The notes below the pieces were generated by a model. That model was not told where the DNA came from. It was given only the letters and a program-made list of their open reading frames with translations, and did not search any database. The translations under genes and the position numbers were made by a program. Positions 50,429 to 64,000 of a stretch of DNA of 64,000 bases are shown here, one piece after another. Position 1 is the stretch's first letter. The number at the start of each line of letters is the position of its first letter. The DNA is from Squalus acanthias (taxonomy: Eukaryota). The DNA is taken from the NCBI GenBank assembly GCA_030390025.1, contig CM059438.1:70248001-70312000 (forward strand), in the 5' to 3' direction.

Positions 50429-52933
50429 TAGGGTTGCGAAGGGGTGGAAAGTTTCTGGGAAATTTCTGGAAATTTTCCACGGGAAGTTTAGCTTGGGAAT
50501 TTGGGGAATTTTGCCCAAAAAAGCACATACTAGCATAATATTGTTCTTTTTTGTATTTCTTTCTTTTTTTTCACAGGTCCTCTCTTAAAATTACTAACAG
50601 AGATGGAATCTTAATTATTAAGGAATTTCTTAATCAATATATGTTTATCTTCTTACTTGGCTTGTTTTAATAATTACAAGTTTTGTGTGTGACTGTGAAC
50701 AAGTGTGTCCTGATTGGTTGGATGAGTGGATGAGCAATTAGCTCCCTCTATTGGTGATATAGCGTCGTGCATGCACAGGTCATGCTTCCATCACATGGAG
50801 CATCAGGAAAAATTTACTCACCCTGTTGCAATCATGCTGATCGACCGCAGTTCGACACAGAGACGAATGCCCTTTATTTCTCTGCATATAACAATGCCAC
50901 GTTTACTGTCGGATGTGTGGAAGCATTTTACCCCAGGCATTAAAGATGGAAAGACTGTGTACATGTGCAAACACTGTACAAAGCCATATGTAAAGAATGC
51001 CACAAAGATGCAGCAGCATTTATCCAAATGCAACAACTTCACTCAAAGCTCACAGCAGTCAGCCCAGAGTTCCTCTGCTTCCATTCAAGAAGATGATGGT
51101 TCACATTCAGCATCAGGCTCCTTATCATCAGCAACTCCTGGCCCATTTGGAAGGTTCTTTGATACAATGGATAACCATAGCCAGAAGAATGCAGATGAGT
51201 GCCTTGCTCGAGCTGTATATGCGACAGGCTCACCCCTCATGCTCACAACCAGTGTGTACTGGAAGAGATTTTTCAATGTTATTCGCCCTGCATACTGTCC
51301 TCCCACCAGACATGCTTTGTCTAGTTATTTGCTGGAGGCTTAGTATAACAGGGTCCAAGGAAAGCTCAAAGAAACGTTAGAGATGGCAGACTGTGTTGCA
51401 GTTATCTCAGATGGGTGGTCAAATGTACGAGGGGAGGGCATCATAAACTACATCGTCTCCACTCCTCTCCCAGTGTTCTTCAAGAGCACAGACACGAAGG
51501 ACAACAGACACACAGGCACATACATTGCTGATGAGCTGAAAGCGGTCATCAACGATCTTGGATCACAAAAGGTCTTTGCAGTAGTTACTGACAATGCTGC
51601 GAATATGAAGGCTGCTTGGGCTCAAGTGGAGGAGGTCTACCCTCATATTGCGTCTATTGGGTGCGCAGCTCATGGGCTCAACCTGCTCCTCAAGGACATT
51701 GTGGGTTTGAGAACCATGGAAACACTATACAAGAGAGCCAAGCAAGTTGTTAAGTATGTCAGGGGAAAACAGGTAGTTGCAGCAACCTACAACTCCAAGC
51801 AAACGACAAAGAACAAGAACACCACACTGAAGCTGCCCAGCAACACTAGATGGGGTGGCGTTGTCATAATGTACAACAGCCTTCTGGAGGGTAAGGAGTC
51901 GCTGCAAGAAATGGCAATATCCCAGTCTGGGGATATGGAAACCACCATCAAGAAAATACTGCTGGATGATGTGTTTTGGGAGAGAGTGGTTAGCAGCCTT
52001 AAACTACTCTCACCAGTAGCATCTGCAATTGCTCAGATTGAAGGAGATGACGCTGTCTTGTCAGATGTTCTCAGGCTTTTTGCTGATTTGAAAGAACAAA
52101 TCAGCATTGCCCTACCCACATCCCTGCTGCTCAAAGCAGAGGAGAAGGCAATTGTTCAATTCATACAGACGCGTCAAGAATTTTGTGTCAAGCCGATTCA
52201 TGCTGCAGCATACATGCTGGACCCAAAGCATGTTGGGAGACCAATACTTTCTGGAGAACAGATCAACAGCGCTTGCAGTGTGATTTCTACCCTCTCACGG
52301 CACCTCAATCTGGGCAAAGTTCTGGGAAGTCTGGCAAAGTTCTCTAACAAGCAAGGTCTTTGGAATGGGGACGGGATATGGGAATCATGCAAGCATATCA
52401 GTGCACATACCTGGTGGAAGGGACTTTGTGCATCTGAGGCCCTGTCACCCATTGCATCGGTGATACTCCAAATCCCACCTTCATCAGCGGCCTCTGAACG
52501 AAACTGGTCACTTTTTGGGAATACGCATACAAAGGTGCGCAACAGGCTGACTAACGAGAGTGGAGAAACTGGTGGCTATCCGGGCGAACCTACAACTTAT
52601 TGAGCCAGATACAGAAGTGTCCACCACACAGCTAGACAGTGACACAGAGGAGGAAATGGACACGTCAGAGCCAGAGTCAGAGAATCAGGAGGAGCAATGA
52701 TGAATAGAAGACTCAGAAGACTCATGAGTAGAAGACTCAAAGGGACAAAATAAGGACAAATTACAGGCTAAATAAGCTGTTTTTATTTGTATGGAACAGT
52801 ATGTCTATTTTGATGACAAAGATAATATAAGGGTCAGAGACAAAAACCATCAGTGTGCAAAAAAACTCTAAATTCCCATAAATTCCCACGGAAAGTTTCC
52901 TCTTTTAAAAATTCCCGGAATTTTGCAACCCTA
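50429..52933 (+). mobile_element. Complete hAT DNA transposon
   Basis: TIRs TAGGGTTGC(G/A)AA; perfect 8-bp TSD gtcagaag at 50421-50428 and 52934-52941; ggaaattt/gggaatt subterminal repeats. Confidence 0.95.
50894..52700 (+). pseudogene. hAT transposase (BED finger, DUF659-type core, hATC dimerisation domain); stop at 51341-51343 and frameshift near 52558
   Basis: VWKHF..CKHC..H..C; SDGW; TDNAANM; CAAH; TRW; PSSAASERNWS. Confidence 0.92.
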
Positions 52934-53559
52934 GTCAGAAGAGACTTATGAATCACTCAAAGTGGCAATTTGCCTGTTGGCCCTATGCTTGGTGCCGTGT
53001 ACTGACTCCCTTTTAACATGTCAGTTCTCTCCTCTATGGGTCAGCAAGAAGCACCGTGCCAACGTCTTGAAACCAGTCTGCAGAGACCAACTCATTTTCT
53101 GAGGTCAGAATTGCCTTGAGGAGAGATGGAAATGGTGGGGTTAGCATCAGTGGCTGAGCTTTTAATTTAAGTGTCTACTGAAGTAGATCTGGGCCCTCAA
53201 GCAGTGAAATGAAGGTGGTGAAATGTCGGGCGTGGAATATGTGACCATTCGCTTCATGGAAACACCTCCGCCTCCCAAATTTTATTGCTCTTTAATCATG
53301 TTTGTTCCCTCCTCCTTCACAGTTGGAGCTGTTCAGTTTTGTAAGAATGCAGCAATGGTATAAATTTAAAATGGACAATGGCATTTGTTTCTGTGTAATC
53401 CATGTCTCTACCTCCATTTAGTAATTAGACTCTCTGTTGGCACCACTCCACCCAAGGTTAAAAGGCTTCTTCAATTTAAAGGGTATTATTTCATATGGCT
53501 TCTAAAAGTGCTCCCTCGATAGCTCAGTAGGAAAATGGATTGTCTGATATGATGCTGAG

Positions 53560-53885
53560 CCATTCTGATCAGGAATGCGAGGATCTGTGTTGATTTAGCT
53601 GATTCCAGCTGGGATGCTGTAGCACCTTTTGGCTGTGGACGGGGAAAGTCAGCAAGCGCTCCCCTCCTGATCATAATTTTAGTGACCGTGGCTGGAAAGT
53701 GCACTTGGGTAAGGATAAGATTGAGATCAGGTGTGTTGCACTCTGCAATGTTATAGCTCAGTGTCTAGATCCACACGTGGAGAATGGCTACTCGGGTGAG
53801 GGATCGAGAGGCTACCAGGACCTAACAATCCATACCCAGCCTAAGTCAGCACCTCAGGGGAAGGAGAGTAAATTGGGAAAACAAT
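53560..53885 (+). repeat. Old SINE-like repeat
   Basis: ttagctgatt..ggggaaagtcagc..cctgatc..gctggaaagtg..gtctaga..gaatggctactcggg..ctcaggggaaggag. Confidence 0.5.
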
Positions 53886-55529
53886 AAATACATAATTGCC
53901 TCGAAAATCAAATGGGGTTCTGCTGGTCTCTCGCCTTGCTGCATTGGGTCATTGCTGGCTCCTGGATTTTCCAGCATGCCCTGAAAAGGGGGGTGGATCT
54001 TACAAGGCTGATGTCATCTGGAGTGGAGATACCCTACGCCCGGAGTTCCCACTTGCTTGGCTGAACTGGGACCTGGCGTATCCTGGGTGCTTCTCTGACC
54101 CAGACTCCACCCCCTTCCCTCTCCACTTCCATCTTTCTCCTGAGATGTGGCTTGCTGAGTGAGATGAAGCTTACAGGCCTCCAGATGCCCTCCCTTGTTT
54201 TGCTGAAAGCATCGGCCCTTTGCTGGGGTACAATTCCACAGGCAACTGCAAGAGACCGTTATTAATGTGTGATCCTTGGTGAGCACCAACATGCTGAGCC
54301 CAATCTTGTTCTCATCTGGCATTCAAATGCACGCACACTTCCAACAGGGAGTTATTGGATAGCAATCAGGAATATGAACCCTGTTTGTTTTTCCCCTCCC
54401 TAATGCAGCGGCAATTGTGGCAACCCAACTCAGAAAGGTTTACACTCCTGGTTGCTATTCATTGACTCCTGCTAAATGTATGCAAGTTGGGTTAGTCTCA
54501 GTTATCATGCCTCTCCACCATGGTTGACTAGCTTACCAATTCACATTGTCTAGCCAGACATGTGAACAATGGCTACTTATTGAAGGCTCCCAGCGGCTAT
54601 GGAACCATGGCACAGCGTGAGCTCGCACCTTTAGAAAAGAAGGGGGAGGAAAGGAAAAGCATAGATAAATCTGTTTTTATATCTGTGAGAATTGAGGGCT
54701 TGTCATTTGGATTTTGCTCTGGATTCACTTTGCAATTGGATTCTGTTCACTCTTTGAAATTGCTCGCTGGAGTTCACTCTTTGAATTTGCTGTTTTCTGA
54801 TTGGAGTTGGGATCCAACTTCAGTGTTTGGAAGCTACTTTTCGTAACCAGTGAATTGTTCTAAAGCAAGATTTGGAGTTTCATAGTTGGTTGGCACTCCA
54901 AAGCTTATGTTTGACCAACGGAACTCCAAAACATGCTTATTTCTCACACTTTCAATAATAAGATTAAACAAAGGACTGGAGCTATGACTGTGACATATCA
55001 GAGGTCTGTCCAGTTCAAATCTTAAGAATCGCCATATATATTATATATTTTTAACCCCTCCAATGCCATGTTGTTCCTTTTATAGATATTCTCAGTAATT
55101 CCTGAGGAGAAACTATTCTCTCTGGCTTGGTGTGAAAAGTCAGGGTCAAGCAATCCACATCCTTAGCGAACATGTACATGCCACTTAAAAAGGATTGTCT
55201 GACCTCTGTTTAAGCAGTGACACATGGTTAAAAAATATTGGGAGTCACAGACCGTGAGTTTCATCAGAGCTTCGCCACTGTCATTTCACCGGAGGTGCTG
55301 TGCAAATCCGGTTTACGCATGTAAACAGGGTTTCCAAAGCATTTCTAAGGAAGTTACAGGAGGGGAGTGGGAGTGGAGTGGGAGCAGCTCCAAAGAAATT
55401 CTCGGCCACAAAGTCTACCCATGTGATATAGATCACTTTTGCTTCCATCCGTGGCCATTGCAATTGACACATCATGAAATCCTGGGGGCAAGACTCTCTC
55501 AGTTCAGCTGTGTCATAAAGGTGTGAAAA

Positions 55530-56190
55530 TTGGTTGTCCATCTCTGTAACATCCTCTGTGATTGTGACCATGGTGCATTAACCCTCCTCGACCTCTCTGC
55601 AGCCTTTGACATGGTTGACCAAACCATCCTCCTCAACCACCTCTCCTCCATTGTCCCAGCCAAGTGGGACTGCACTCGCTTGATTCCAAAAGTAGACTGC
55701 TCTAGCTTGGTTTCCCTCTTACCTATTTAATTGTAGTCAGAGTATCTCCAGCAATGGATTCTCTTCCCACTCCCTCATCATTACCTCTGGAGCCCCCCAG
55801 GGATCTAGCCTTGTCAGCCTGCTTGTTTTCATCAAATTCTCATCCTCATGTTTAAATGCTTCCAAAGCCTTGCTGCTCTATTTCTGAACTCTCCTCCAAC
55901 CCTATTCCGCACCTCCACCCCCTGCATACTCAATTCCTGTTGCCCCAACATTGGCGGCTGTACCTGCAGATGTCCAGGTCCACTCTGGAATTCCCTCCCT
56001 AAGCCCCTCCACTTACTGTCCTTCTTTAAGACCCTCCTTAAAATCCACCTCTTTGATGAAGCTATTGGTCATCCCTTCTAATATCGCCTCCTTTGGCTCG
56101 ATGTCCATTTTTATCTGTTTACATCTCTGTGAACTGCCTTGGGATGTTGCTACACTAAAGATGCTGTTTGAATGAAAATCATTGTTGTCT
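55530..56190 (+). mobile_element. Internally deleted L2 fragments
   Basis: LLDLSAAFDMVD, G.PQGS, LWNSLP and an L2-like tail. Confidence 0.75.
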
Positions 56191-56595
56191 AATTTCTGAG
56201 AGACCACCCTAATACCTAATGAATCCTAATTTGATTGATGTATTTTTCATTGGGTTACCTTTGATTAATTATACCTATCTTCCTTCTGTACTGGCCTGGA
56301 TCAAAGGGAAGAAAATCATATAGTTGTACTGGTGTCTTGTGTTCCTCAGTTTCATTTTTCTTGAAGCACTAATTGGGTGAAAATGAACAAAGAATTTAGA
56401 GTTCATTTCTTACATTAAAGCTTTTCATCAAGGTGATGTGATCCAAGTTGTTTATCGTACTGTGGAGAACTGCAGGATTTCTTGACTTTTATTGTTTTGA
56501 AAGAGACATTCTGAATAGAGGCCAGCTACAATCTGCTGTTTGTTTTTAATCCGACTTCTTAATAAACTTAATTCATAGTTTCCAGCCAAAGTCAA

Positions 56596-58200
56596 AGGCC
56601 GAGATTTTCCCTACTTTGGCGGGTCCGGGGCGGGCGACGTCGGTGGTGGGTCCCGACCCCGCTGCTGGCTCCATCCCACTCTGGAAAATGATTTTACGTT
56701 GATGGGGCTTTTTAAGCCCGCCCAGCGCATTTGCCAGTCCAATTAGAGGAAGTGGGTCTGGTGAGGTCATTCATGATGCATCATCAGCCGGTTTCCTTAA
56801 ATGGACCATGGCCAACTTTCTTTTAACGTTTGTGCTGTCAGTGTTCTACAGCATTGAAGTGCTGCAAACACTGACAATCACTGCACAGAGGAGCAGGGCT
56901 GCACCCAGGTTCTCCCATGACTCCCTCCATATGCTTATGGAGGGAGTCAGAGCATGCAGGGAGGTCCTCTTCCCTTCCCATGGGTGGAAGAGACCTCCCC
57001 AGGAGACCAACACAGCCTGGTTGCACATTGCACAGGAGGACATAAGCGGGGGTGTTGCCAGGAGCACCTGGGTGCAGTGATGCAAACCTTTCAATGATCT
57101 CATTAGATCACGAAACGTTAGTACAAAGCCACACTCAACCTCATCCTGTTGTGCCTCTCATCACATCCACATCACTCTGCCTTCCCGACCCTACCCCTGC
57201 ACATCCTTACTCACACCAACTTACCTTGCACCTCCACCCATCCCTCTCTATCTACATTATCACTTCCCCATCTTACTAGCCACCCCTCACACTCACCCTC
57301 ATCCTAGTGCAGTCATGCCAACTAACAACACACAAGGGTAGCCACTTGGGTGTTTTATCCAATGTTCATGTAAAGTTTTTGTTACTGTACTGTCAAACAT
57401 TGAAATCTTTATTTTTAAAACTTTGCGTTCTTGGACAGATTTGTGTGCACCTTTGGAAGTGGCTGAGTGAGTTGCAGTGAATGGTGAGACATAACAGTAC
57501 CTCCTGCAATGGTGGTGAGTGTGAAAGGAATGGCTTGGGCATGGTAGGGATGCTTTATGGGTGTTGGTGTGGGGTGGTGCCAACCTGGCGCAACATGTGG
57601 CAGCCAGGGTGTACAGCGTCAAGTTAATTAAATCTGGCCATGGTGAGGCCATCCCTGGTGTCCCGGGCAGCAATGTGCTCGGGTGCTGATGCCCTGTGTC
57701 CTGTGCAGCATCAGGTGATTGCGGAGAAGGTTGGTCTTGTTCTTGGTGCTGCTGGTGTGCCTGGTGCTGCTGGTGTTGGGACTGATCGTGCTTGGATTCT
57801 GAGGACCAAGGTGAGAGAGTATAAAGGGCACCCATGTTGATGGAATAGATGGCAGGTAAAGTAGAGATCTGTCAATGGTGAGGGAGTTCTTCCAATGAGG
57901 TGAGAGTGGATGGAGAGTGGAAAGTGGAAAGCCTGCAGAATCTGTGCTGGAAATGGACTGAGAAACAGCTTGTGGCTGAGGAAAGTGATGATCTGTCAGG
58001 TGGGAGCTTATACTTTACATTTGAAGCTGTTAAGTAATCAGCTGAAGCAATGGCCACTGAACTCCCGCCTCAGGTTGACAGCCGTCGTCCCCGAACAGCG
58101 TGGTTCCCATGGCCATGATGTTAAAGTGAAAAGACAAATTAAAAAAGCATATTAATGATCTGTCAACTAGATGGTAATGATTTTAATTGGGTCTCCCCCG
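56596..58200 (+). mobile_element. Non-autonomous Harbinger element, copy 3 (right end lost at the CR1 junction)
   Basis: Homologous to copies 1 and 2; RAAPRFSHDSLHMLMEGV..RSTWVQ Myb remnant; uninterrupted across the sites occupied by LINEs in copies 1 and 2. Confidence 0.8.
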
Positions 58201-58214
58201 CTGCCTGTCGGGTC

Positions 58215-61200
58215 TGCTCAGCTACAGCATGTGGGAGTTTGTGGAGAGCATTGTGATCCCAGACAACCATGTTTGAAGTAAGTGCCTGCATCTTGAGGAA
58301 CTTCAGCTCAGAGTTTTTGAGCTGGAGTCTGAGGTGCAGACATTGCGGGGCATCAGGGAGGCAGTCACGCCCCTTAGGTTAGGTAGTGGCACAGGTCTGG
58401 TTAGTGGTCGGGGACAGGAGGGAGTGACTGCAACTCAGGCAGGTAAGGGGACCCCAGGTGCAGTGCTGGAGGAGCCTCAGCCTTTGCCCTAGTCCAACAG
58501 GTATGAGGTTCTTGCTGCCTGTGTGGATGAGGGGAAAGCCTGTAGGAGGGATTAGCAAGCTGGCCATGGCACCATGGTGTAGGAGGCCATTCAAGTGGGG
58601 GGAGTGAAAGGGAATGTAGTTGTGGCAGGGGACAGTATAGTCAGGGGGACAGATACTGTTCTCTGCAGCCACGACCGAAAGTTCCGAAGGTCGTGTTGCC
58701 TGCCTGGTGCTAGGGTTAAAGACATCTCCTCGCGGCTGGAGGAGAATTTGGAGTGGGAGGAGGAGGATCCAGTTGTCGTGGTCCACGTAGGAACCAACGA
58801 CTTAGGTAGAACTAGGAATGAGGTTCTGTTGAGGGAGTTTGAGGAGCTAGGATCCAAATTAATAAGCAGAACCTCAAAGGTAATAATCTCTGGATTGTTA
58901 CCTGAGCCACGCGTAAATTGGCATAGGGACAAACAGATTAGAGGTTCAAAAGCGAGGCTCAAAGAGGTGTGTGGGAAGAAGGGGTTTCAGTTCATGGGGC
59001 ACTAGCACCAGTACTGGGGAAGGAAAGAGCTGTTCTGTTGGAACGGGCTCCACTTAAACCGGGCTGGGTCCAGTGTACTGCTGAACCGAATAACTAGGGC
59101 AGTAGACAGGGCTTTAAACTAATGAAAGGTGGGTGGGTGGTGGGAGGATTCAGGAAAGAGAGTACATTTAAAAGCATCGAGAGAAATGTCAAGGCTCTAG
59201 AGCAGAGTAGAGTTTTGGGTAAAAATGAGCAGAGTGCGTCAGGAAGGGATAGAGAGAGTTAATAAGGCATCAATGACTAAGGTGACATCAGGGAAAAATA
59301 GAAATAAGTCAAAGCTAAAGGCACAATATCTGAACGCGTGAAGCATTCGCAACAAAATAGATGAATTAATAGCGCAGATAGAAATGAATAGGTTTGATCT
59401 AATAGTCATTATGGAGATGTGGTTGCAATGTGGCCAAGGTTGGGAACTAAATATTCCAGGATACTTAACTTTTAGAAGAAATAGGCAAAATGGAAAAGGA
59501 GGAGGGGTAGCCATGATAATAAAGGATGGGATAAAGACTGTAGAGAGAAAGGATCTTAGCTCTGAAAATCAAGAAGTAGAATCAGTTTGGGTGGAGCTAA
59601 GAAACAGCAAGGTGCAGAAAACATTGGTGGGAGTTTTTTATAGGCCCCCAAACAGTAGTTGTAATGTAGGGCAGAGTATAAGTCAGGAAATTAGGGCGCA
59701 TGTAACAAGGGTAATACAGTAATCATGGGGGACTTTAATCTACATATAGACTGGGCAAACCAAATTTGCAGTAATAGTGTGGAGGACGAATTCATGGAAT
59801 GTACGCAAGATAGTTTTCTAGATCAGTATGTTGAGGAATCAACTAGGGAAAAGGGTATTTTAGATCTGCTATTGTGCAATGATAAAGGGTTAATTAATAA
59901 CCTTGTAGTAAAGGGGCCTTTAGGGAAGAGTGACCATAATATATAGAATTTTATATTGAGTTTGAAAGTGATTTAGTTAAATCCAAAACTAGGGTCTTAA
60001 ATCTAAACAAAGCAAACTATGAAGGTATGAGGGGTGAGTTGGCTAAGGTAGATTGGGAAACTACATTAAAAGGTATGAGGGTAGACAAGCAATGGCTAGC
60101 ATTAAAAGAATTAATACATAATTTACAACTAATATACATTCCTTTAAGGTACAAAAACCCCACAGGAAAAGTGGTCCAACCGTGGCTAACAAGAGAAGTT
60201 AAAGATAGTAGTAGATCAAAGGAAGTGGCTTATAATGTTGCCAAAAAGTGTAGTAAGCCTGAGGATTGGGAGGATTTTAGAATTCAGCAACGGAGGACCA
60301 AGAAATTGATAAAGAAAGGGAAAATAGAATATGAGAGTAAACTAGCGAGAGACATAAAAACAGACTGTAAAAGCTTCTATAGGTATGTAAAAAGGAAAAG
60401 ATTAGCTAAAGTAAATGTGGGTCCCTTATAGGCTGAGACAGGAGAAATTATAATGGGGAATAAGGAAATGACAGAGAAATTAAACAAATATTTTGTGTCT
60501 GTCTTCACGGAAGAAGACACAAAAAACTTTCCAGAAATAGTGGAGAACCAAGGCTCTAGCGAGAATGAGGAACTAAAAGAAATAAGTATTAGTAAAAAAA
60601 AGTAATGGAGAAATTAATGGGACTGAAAGCCAATAAATCCCCTGGACCTGATGGCCTTATCCCTAGGGTTTTGAAAGAGGTGGCTATAGAGATAGTGGAT
60701 GCATTGGTTGTCATTTTCCAAAATTCCATAGATTCTAGAATGGTTCCCGCGGATTGGAAGGTAGCAAATGTAACCCCACTATTTAAGAAAGGAGGGAGAG
60801 AGAAAACGGGGAACTACAGACCAGTTAGCCTGACATCAATAGTAGGGAAAATGCTAGAATCTATTATTAAGGATGTGGTAACAGGACCCTTAGAAAATAA
60901 TAATAGGATTTGGCAGAGGCAACACGCATTTATGAAAGGGAAATCGTGTTTGACGAATCTGTTAGAGTTTTTTTGAGGTTGTAACTATTAGAATAGATAA
61001 GGGGGAACCAGTGGATGAGGTGTATTTGGATTTTGAGAAGGCATTCGATAAGGTGCCACACAAGAGGTTATTAAACAAAATTAGGGCTCATGGGATTGGT
61101 GGTAATATACTAGCATGGATTGAGGATTGGTTAACGGACAGAAAACAGAGAGTAGGAATAAACGGGTCATTTTCGGGTTGGTAGGCTGTAACTAGTGGGG

Positions 61201-62209
61201 TACTGCAAGGATCAGTACTTGGGCCTCAGCTATTCACAATCTACATCAATGATTTGGATGAGCAGACCAAATGTAATATAACCAAGTTTGCTGATGATAC
61301 AAAGTTGGGTGGGAATGTAAGTTGTGAGGAGGATGCAAAGAGGCTTCGAGGGGATATAGACAAGCTAAGTGAGTGGGCAAAAACATGGCAAATGTAATAT
61401 AATGTGGAAAAATGTGAAGTTATTCACTTTGGTAGGAAAACTGGAAAAGCAGAGTAGTTTTAAAATGGTGAGAGATTGGGAAATGTTGGTGTTCAGAGGG
61501 ACCTGGGTGTCCTTGTACACAATTCACTGAAAGCTAACATGCTGATACAGCAAGCAATTAGGAAAGCAAATGGTATGTTAGCCTTTATTACAAGAGGTTA
61601 AGAGTAAAGACGTCTTACTGCAATTATTTCGGGCCCTGGTGAGACCACACCTGAAGTATTGTGTACAGTTTTGGTCTCCTTACCTAAGGAAGGATATAAT
61701 TGCCATAGAGGGAGTGCAACAAAGGTTCACCAGACTGGTTCCTGGGATGGGGGGATTGTCCTATGAAGAGAGATTGAGTCGACTAGGCCTATATTCTCTG
61801 GAGTTTAGAAGAATGAGAGGTGATCTCATTGAAAGATACAAAATTCTTACAGGGCTTGACAGGGTAGATGCAGGGAGGATGTTTCCCCTGGCTGGGGAGT
61901 CTAGAGCCAGGGGTCACAGTCTCAGAATAAGGGGTTGGCCATTTAGGACTGAGATGAGGAGAAATCTCTTCTCTCAGAGGGTGGTGAATCTTTGGAAATT
62001 CTCTACCCCAGAGGGCTGAGGAGGCTCAGTCGTTAAGTATATTCAAGTCAGAGATCGATAGATTTTTGGATATTAAAGGAATCAAGGAATATGGGGATAG
62101 TGCAGTAAGGTGGATTTGTGGTAGAATATCAGTCATGATTTTATTGAATGGCGGAGCAGGCTCGAGGGACCAAATGGCCTACTCCTGCTCCTATTTCTTA
62201 TGTTCTTAT
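58215..62209 (+). mobile_element. Near-full-length degraded CR1 (ORF1 esterase and ORF2 remnants)
   Basis: GDS..CLPGA..HVGTND; APE YRPP/GDFN/SDH; RT motifs; many stops; 3' tail. Confidence 0.93.
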
Positions 62210-62370
62210 GCTGTTTGTGGGAGCTTGTTATACTCAAATTCGCTGCCACGTTACTAACACGATAACAGTGACTACACTTCAAAATACAAGTACTTCATTG
62301 GCTGCAAAGTGATTTGAAATGTTCTGAGGTCATGAAAGGTGCTATATAGATGCAATTCTTCCTTTCTTTT
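62210..62370 (+). repeat. Deu-type SINE 3' part
   Basis: gctgtttgtgggagcttg..gtgactacacttcaaaa..gaaaggtgctatatagatgcaa. Confidence 0.65.
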
Positions 62371-64000
62371 CAGCTTGTCGATAGACTTCTAAATACTGCA
62401 TTTGGATCAAATATCCTGTACAATGTGAAGCACATTGCCTTGACCAAGCTGATTTTTTTTTATCCCTATTTGCTGCCAATGCTTATCACTGAGGAGACAA
62501 GAGAAAACCCATGTTAAATGCCATGAAGGTGGCATAGTGTAGTCATCTGCTGTGCCACAGAGTGCCAGGATGCAGGTCATTTTTCCTGAATCTGCCATTG
62601 GGGTTAGCATAGAAACAGTAAGAAAGGAGGGGCAAATCAGAATGCATGTCACCTTGTGGAAGCCAATTCAAGAATAACATTAGCAAGGGGCTTGCTAGGA
62701 GGTCGCCAGTCTGTGCTCTCAGCTAGGGAACAGGGTTGGAAGAGAAGGAGGATATTACATTAAAAAAAGAGAATAAGTAAGACTGCACAAATTCACAAGT
62801 GTTTCTTAATTATCTGCCTTCACAAAATCACAATTCAAGCTAGAGTGCCTCATTAAATGTTTGCATTTGGCAGTACTACCTCCTGAATGCAAATTGTACT
62901 GTATTTAGTGAAGCGTGATGAGCTTCACAGGCTGTGCATTATTGTGCTGGCAAAAGCATAATTACAGTATGTGAGGCACATATTTACTGAACAGTATAAT
63001 CTACCATGTTAAGTATCTTCTGCAGATTGAGTTGTATTGAAATATGGCTGTGTTGAAGCGTCCAAGCATTTCTCACAGTAATGCATATTGTAATTTAGGT
63101 TTATGTGAGCTTTATTTCGGTTTGCTAAATTCATTGTGAATGTTTCGGATTCCTAATTTCTATTTTTAAAATCATCTTTTGTCTGTAATTTACAGAAAGC
63201 AGGAACAGCTTAGCATTTTCCTAGAAGTGAGTTTGATGGGGGCAGAAATATATATCATTAAATATTTGGTTTGAATTTCAGAGAACTCTGATAGATGACA
63301 CAGTTTAAAAAAAAAGTTATGATGTTTGAATCAAACTTATAAGTGACTTTCTGTTATTGGAGTCTTCAAGACTGATTGTGTGACTAATAATCTGTAAAAA
63401 CGCATCAATTTTGCATGTCAAAAATCTCTCAATGTTTTGCACTCATGCGAAATGAACATTTGAAAATAAGGAGTGATTCTGTGACCCCATGGTCCCTGCA
63501 GGGCGAGCTGTGATTGCAGAAGGAATATTGTAGGCCTGAAGCTCCAACCTGCACCTGGTGCGAAAGCAGTTTCTGGCGGGCATCCCAGAATCAACCGTAT
63601 AGTGCCCAGCGGTGTGGGAAATAGAACATTGCCCCACTGGTGTAGTTGTGTGAGGGGTTTTCTCCGATACTGGTCCCCCGTTACACACAGTTCTTGGATG
63701 TCAGGATTTATAAGAACAAAATACACACGTCACAGGGTATTGGCTCAACCTTTGATTCGTTCGTTTATTGAACAAACACACACAATTACTTGCCAAGTAT
63801 AAATCCCTATGATTTATATTAGGCTATCAACCCCAAAATACAAACCCCTACGCAAGGGTCATTTGCATCGACACAATATGACACAGTTAAACCCGTCCGC
63901 GATTTGACTGTTACATATAAAGTTACCCAGACTCAATCACAAAACCCTTATTGTGATCTGACTGAAACTCACAAACTTACTCAGACTCAATCACAAAAGC

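Noticed and set aside
50726..52603. Domesticated ZBED-type gene
   Set aside because: Retains TIRs and TSD and has a stop and a frameshift
63698..64000. Possible LTR running off the window end (AATAAA on minus; cagactcaatcacaaaa twice)
   Set aside because: Truncated by the window, so it cannot be confirmed

Overview
Repeat-dense vertebrate DNA with no recognisable host protein-coding exon. The repeat repertoire (CR1, L2, RTE, Deu-type SINEs, Harbinger derivatives) suggests a cartilaginous fish; this is inference. The standout is a 5.0-kb endogenous foamy-virus-like (spumaretrovirus) provirus on the minus strand (16307-21319). It has ~1.15-kb TG..CA LTRs, a 4-bp GTGA target-site duplication (TSD), a tRNA-Lys1,2-like PBS, a PPT, and a splice donor in R. 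Its internal region is heavily deleted: a probable gag N-terminus is joined to RNase H, followed by an open 617-codon RNase H-integrase ORF with the HHCC and DDE motifs present and a truncated env leader. Also present: a near-intact full-length CR1 with an 83-bp monomer array in its 5' UTR, a complete hAT transposon (8-bp TSD), three copies of a non-autonomous Myb/SANT-bearing Harbinger family, related MITEs, multi-level nested insertions, and an L2 flanked by a 54-bp direct duplication. Coordinates of old repeats are approximate and family assignments come from recalled motifs, not database searches.
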